A stretch of 54,459 bases of DNA, from positions 1-54,459 of the forward strand of contig JAUCBJ010004653.1 in NCBI GenBank assembly GCA_032718475.1, in the 5' to 3' direction. Of the stretch, positions 50,901 through 54,459 are shown piece after piece. How positions within the stretch are numbered: the first letter of the stretch is position 1; each line of letters opens with the position of its first letter. Both the position numbers and the translations under genes were made by a program. The stretch is from Nemertoderma westbladi (Eukaryota; Animalia; Xenacoelomorpha). The notes beneath the pieces are model-generated. The model saw only the letters and a list, made by a program, of their open reading frames with translations, did not search any database and had not been told where the DNA came from.

Positions 50901-52825
50901 TATATTATACGGTGCAATGCAATAACACATAAAAATGTTCATTTTAATAACCTGAGTAACAGATTTACAGCATTACTATAATACTAATTTCTTTAATTAT
51001 ATTTATAGTGCATAGGGGGTGGCTGTTGGCCTCGACTGGCATTGCCATTGCAAACAGTCACAACCCCCATAATAAATCGTCGTTAGGTGACGAACAAGTG
51101 CAATTTCATATCATATGATTACTATTATACAAACTTGAAACAAACTTCAAAACTAAACCGTTAGGCCTTCAGCAACGCAGGGAAAGGATGTCCACAACAC
51201 ACTAAAGCGCCCACATTAGATTCGCCCGCGTGCCCTTTAAAGTATGCCCTCTCGCCATACAGCGCCCACTTCAGAGGAAGGTAAGACTTTGTTTGACGCC
51301 CTTGCCCGCAATAAGACCTTAGATCAGGGTAAAGCGTGACACCATCCTGGGACACCGTAAAATTTAGGATTAAATATTTCAGATTCAGACAGAGGCAAAA
51401 ACCCGGATTAACCTGTATCTCCTACAGGTGTCAGCTATTGCTGTTCGTTAGTACGCGCAAGTACACTTCGTCACCTTCAAGGCAGAACCCCCTACGTCGA
51501 TTTTTTTAGATTTTCATGTTTTTGACTTTTTGGGTAATTCGATATCAGCTTTTTCGTCTGGCAGAACCCCGAAGCTTTTCGACCAGCCATTTTTGAGTTA
51601 TAAGCCAAAGACAGTTCCCCGTAACTTATGCCCACTTCGAGGCAGAACCCCACAAGTCAATAATTGGCTTGCAAAACACCGTAAATTCAAGTATATGAAA
51701 TTCAGTCCACCTGGCAAAACCCCTTAAATCAGAAATAACAACCAGTAAAACCCCTTAAATCAGAAACAATAACCTGGCAAAACCCCGTAATTTCTCATTT
51801 ATATACTGGTTTGTATTGCGGCCATGACACAAACATTATTGAGGTAACACAAACATTAATCTGGGATACAAACATTTATCAGGGACACAAACATTAATCA
51901 GGGACACACATTAAGTGGTACAAACATTAATAAGGGACAAAAACATTAATTAGGGACACACATTAATCAAGGGCACATACATTTTGTAGTCACCCCTAGC
52001 AAACGAATGTCACAGAGAAATCAGCTAATAAGTTGAATTTGCTTTTAAAAGTAAGCAATTCAAACGAAAACGCAGTGGAGGTGTACGTGGACGAGTGTAG
52101 TGGTGTTTGGGCGAGTTACGAAGTTAACAAAAGATTTTCCATTATATTAAAATTCGTTGAAACTTTACTAAAACTAACAACCATGAATTGAATATCCTTG
52201 TGACATTTGTCCTGTTCGCTCATTCATTATTATACTATCAGATTAATAATAATATTAACATAATATTAATTATGTTAATAAAATAATATTAACATAATGT
52301 CGCCTCCCTTGATGTTAATAAAGTTTGTTAAAGTATAAATAAAATAGAAGAAACAACAAAATAAAAGTTAAAAAATCTTATTATAAACAGTAGCAATACA
52401 GCCAGCAGAAATATAATCACTGAAATGGACTCAAGATAAACAATGTGGTAGGTAAATAACCGTAAAAGTATGGTTGGTGGGATCTCTTCAGCGGCGGGAT
52501 TCAGTTGTGCATACATAATCTCAGAGTCACACAGTCTTCAATAAAATAGTGTAATTTAGGGTGGCATAATTTTCTAAGGGCATTTTTTTCCTAGGAAAAA
52601 TTTACAGGGGGGGGGGGGGGGGCATTTTTTCCTAGGAAAATATGCCCCTCAGAGCACATTTTCCGGGGGGCATATTTTCCACGTAAAACTGGCAACCAGT
52701 ACAACAGTAGCCTACCGCAGTAGCCTACAGCAGTAGCTACAATGTAAAGCTACTTATATACGGTGCTACGAATCATTATTCAATGTGAAATACTGTATGA
52801 GTGTATATATTCTAACATAACTTAC

Positions 52826-52963
52826 CAATGCATGATTCAGGATTGGCCGTTATTGCATTCAGAGAATATCCGTTATTGCATTCACATGTGAATGAACCAA
52901 GAGTATTTGTGCAGCTGGCATCAATGTGGCAGTTATGAGTATTGGTATTACATTCATCAATAT
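52826..52963 (-). CDS. Host gene exon, cbEGF type A' (copy 3)
   Basis: Identical by eye to 43006-43143; intact splice sites. Confidence 0.86.
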
Positions 52964-54459
52964 CTGCAGCATAACATATATTGTTACTAATTAATTAAAT
53001 ATAAAGTGTATTCTGTATACTGTATAGTATATAGCGTACTGCACGTGTGTTTGTCTTTCAAATAACCCTTTTAGGTACCTGTGATGCAATAAATTTATAC
53101 ATATAATGGGCAAGAAGGCTCTTAAACAGTAAGCTTTAGTTAGAGTTTGTTGCCAAATTGCTCCATTTATTTGGATTAATAAACGTTAAAACAATTATTG
53201 GTAAGCATTAATAAGACCAAAAGTTGAGATTTTTGAGTGACATTTAGAAACCACCAATTCAATAGTCTCCCACTCGAGGTCTACATGTTTAAACTTTAAA
53301 TGTTACTACTACACCTTTTCAACATGTATTTCTGAAAACATCACATTGATTTCAGAAAGGTCTATTTGGGTTTCAGTTTTTTTAATTTTGATTTCATAAT
53401 GTTACAATTTGATTTCAATAAATCTATTTCGATTTCGGTAAATTCAAAGTAGATTTCAGTTCGGTTTTATGAAGTTTCATAAACGTCCCGTTTGAATTTC
53501 AGAAAATTATGTTCGATTTCAAATTTCCTTTCGAATTTCCGATTTTTCATTTGAATTTCAGAAAGAAGACAATGGAATACCTACAAAACTGCAATAATGG
53601 CAATAACAAACAAATAATTTGCAATTCTATGATGATGAAAATTATCATAGAATGTATGCTATCAAGTATGCTGTCTCCCCTTGTGAATTCTCTCTACATT
53701 TCCTGGCTTGGTCTCCTGAGAATCCCTTCAGCTGCGGGGCGAAACCTACCGATCAGCTGGCTGCTTTCAGCTGATCACTGATTGCATGCAACGTCTAGGT
53801 CGTGTTGCTTTTTAGTTTTTTACATACTTCGGTACTGACATACCTACCGGTACCAGTAAGGTTTTTTACTTCACGTGATTGATAAATAAATAAATATAAT
53901 TCGTAATTATTGGTTACTCAAGCTTCTACTTCAATAATGAAAATTATAAGATTCTATAATTCAATTATATTTTTTGAAATCAAAGTAATGTTTTCTGAAA
54001 TACATGTGGAAAAGGTGTAGACCACTACCTGTGACTTTCAAAGTGAACTGTCAAAATTTTGGTCTTTTTGGACTTAATAAAAAGACCAACACTAGAAGCA
54101 GTAGCCTGTTCTAATGAGCTGAAGAGCCGTTGGGCTCCCTCTAGTGATTCTGAGAGTACTCCTAAGTCATCAGCAAAGTCTAGATCAGTTAGGTACGTGG
54201 CAGGATTTCTTCGACTTCGGGAGCCAGTAGGTGGAGTTACCAACACCCCATCATCATTATGATGATCTGAGGACATGCTTAAATAGAACATAGACGACCA
54301 CAATGAATAAGAATGGTGCAAGTGTGTCTCCCTGGAGGTACTCCCCAACTTCGAATGGAGCTGTGTCACCATCAACAGTAGACACAAATGTTGTCGAACC
54401 ATCGTATACTGATCTGATTGCTCCATCTGCACTTGTAAAGTTTGCCGCTAGAGAGCAAA

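Larger units (their letters stand above)
49556..54459 (+). repeat. Very young tandem duplicate of 39735-44639 (period ~9820 bp)
   Basis: ORFs recur at +9820/9821 with almost no changes; runs to the window end. Confidence 0.95.

Overview
Repeat-rich animal genomic DNA, probably invertebrate. The backbone is a minus-strand host gene seen here only as seven symmetric phase-1 exons (123 or 138 bp), each encoding one calcium-binding EGF domain; the ORF track misses them because it reads them in another frame. The introns are filled with transposons: two near full-length BEL/Pao LTR retrotransposons in opposite orientations (BEL-A, + strand, ~13.35-27.95 kb; BEL-B, - strand, 29.94-41.08 kb), a third BEL gag remnant, CRE-like, L2/CR1-group and RTE-like LINE pieces, a Penelope tail, a tRNA/Nin-domain SINE, and PIF/Harbinger and Kolobok-type MITEs. 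Two nested segmental duplications multiply the EGF exons: an older one (10568.. vs 42161..) and a very young ~9.82 kb tandem one. The most unusual signals are three. (1) BEL-A carries ten dispersed same-strand copies of a 20-nt stem-loop (GGAAGGCTYGNGAGCCTACC) with a compensatory change. (2) BEL-A also carries a decayed ~1000-1150 aa non-env ORF with three CCHC zinc knuckles downstream of pol, behind a candidate splice acceptor; together these suggest an undescribed RNA-element/RNA-binding-protein module. (3) BEL-B independently carries an array of ~13 covarying mini-hairpins just after its integrase. All calls are by eye; no searches were run.
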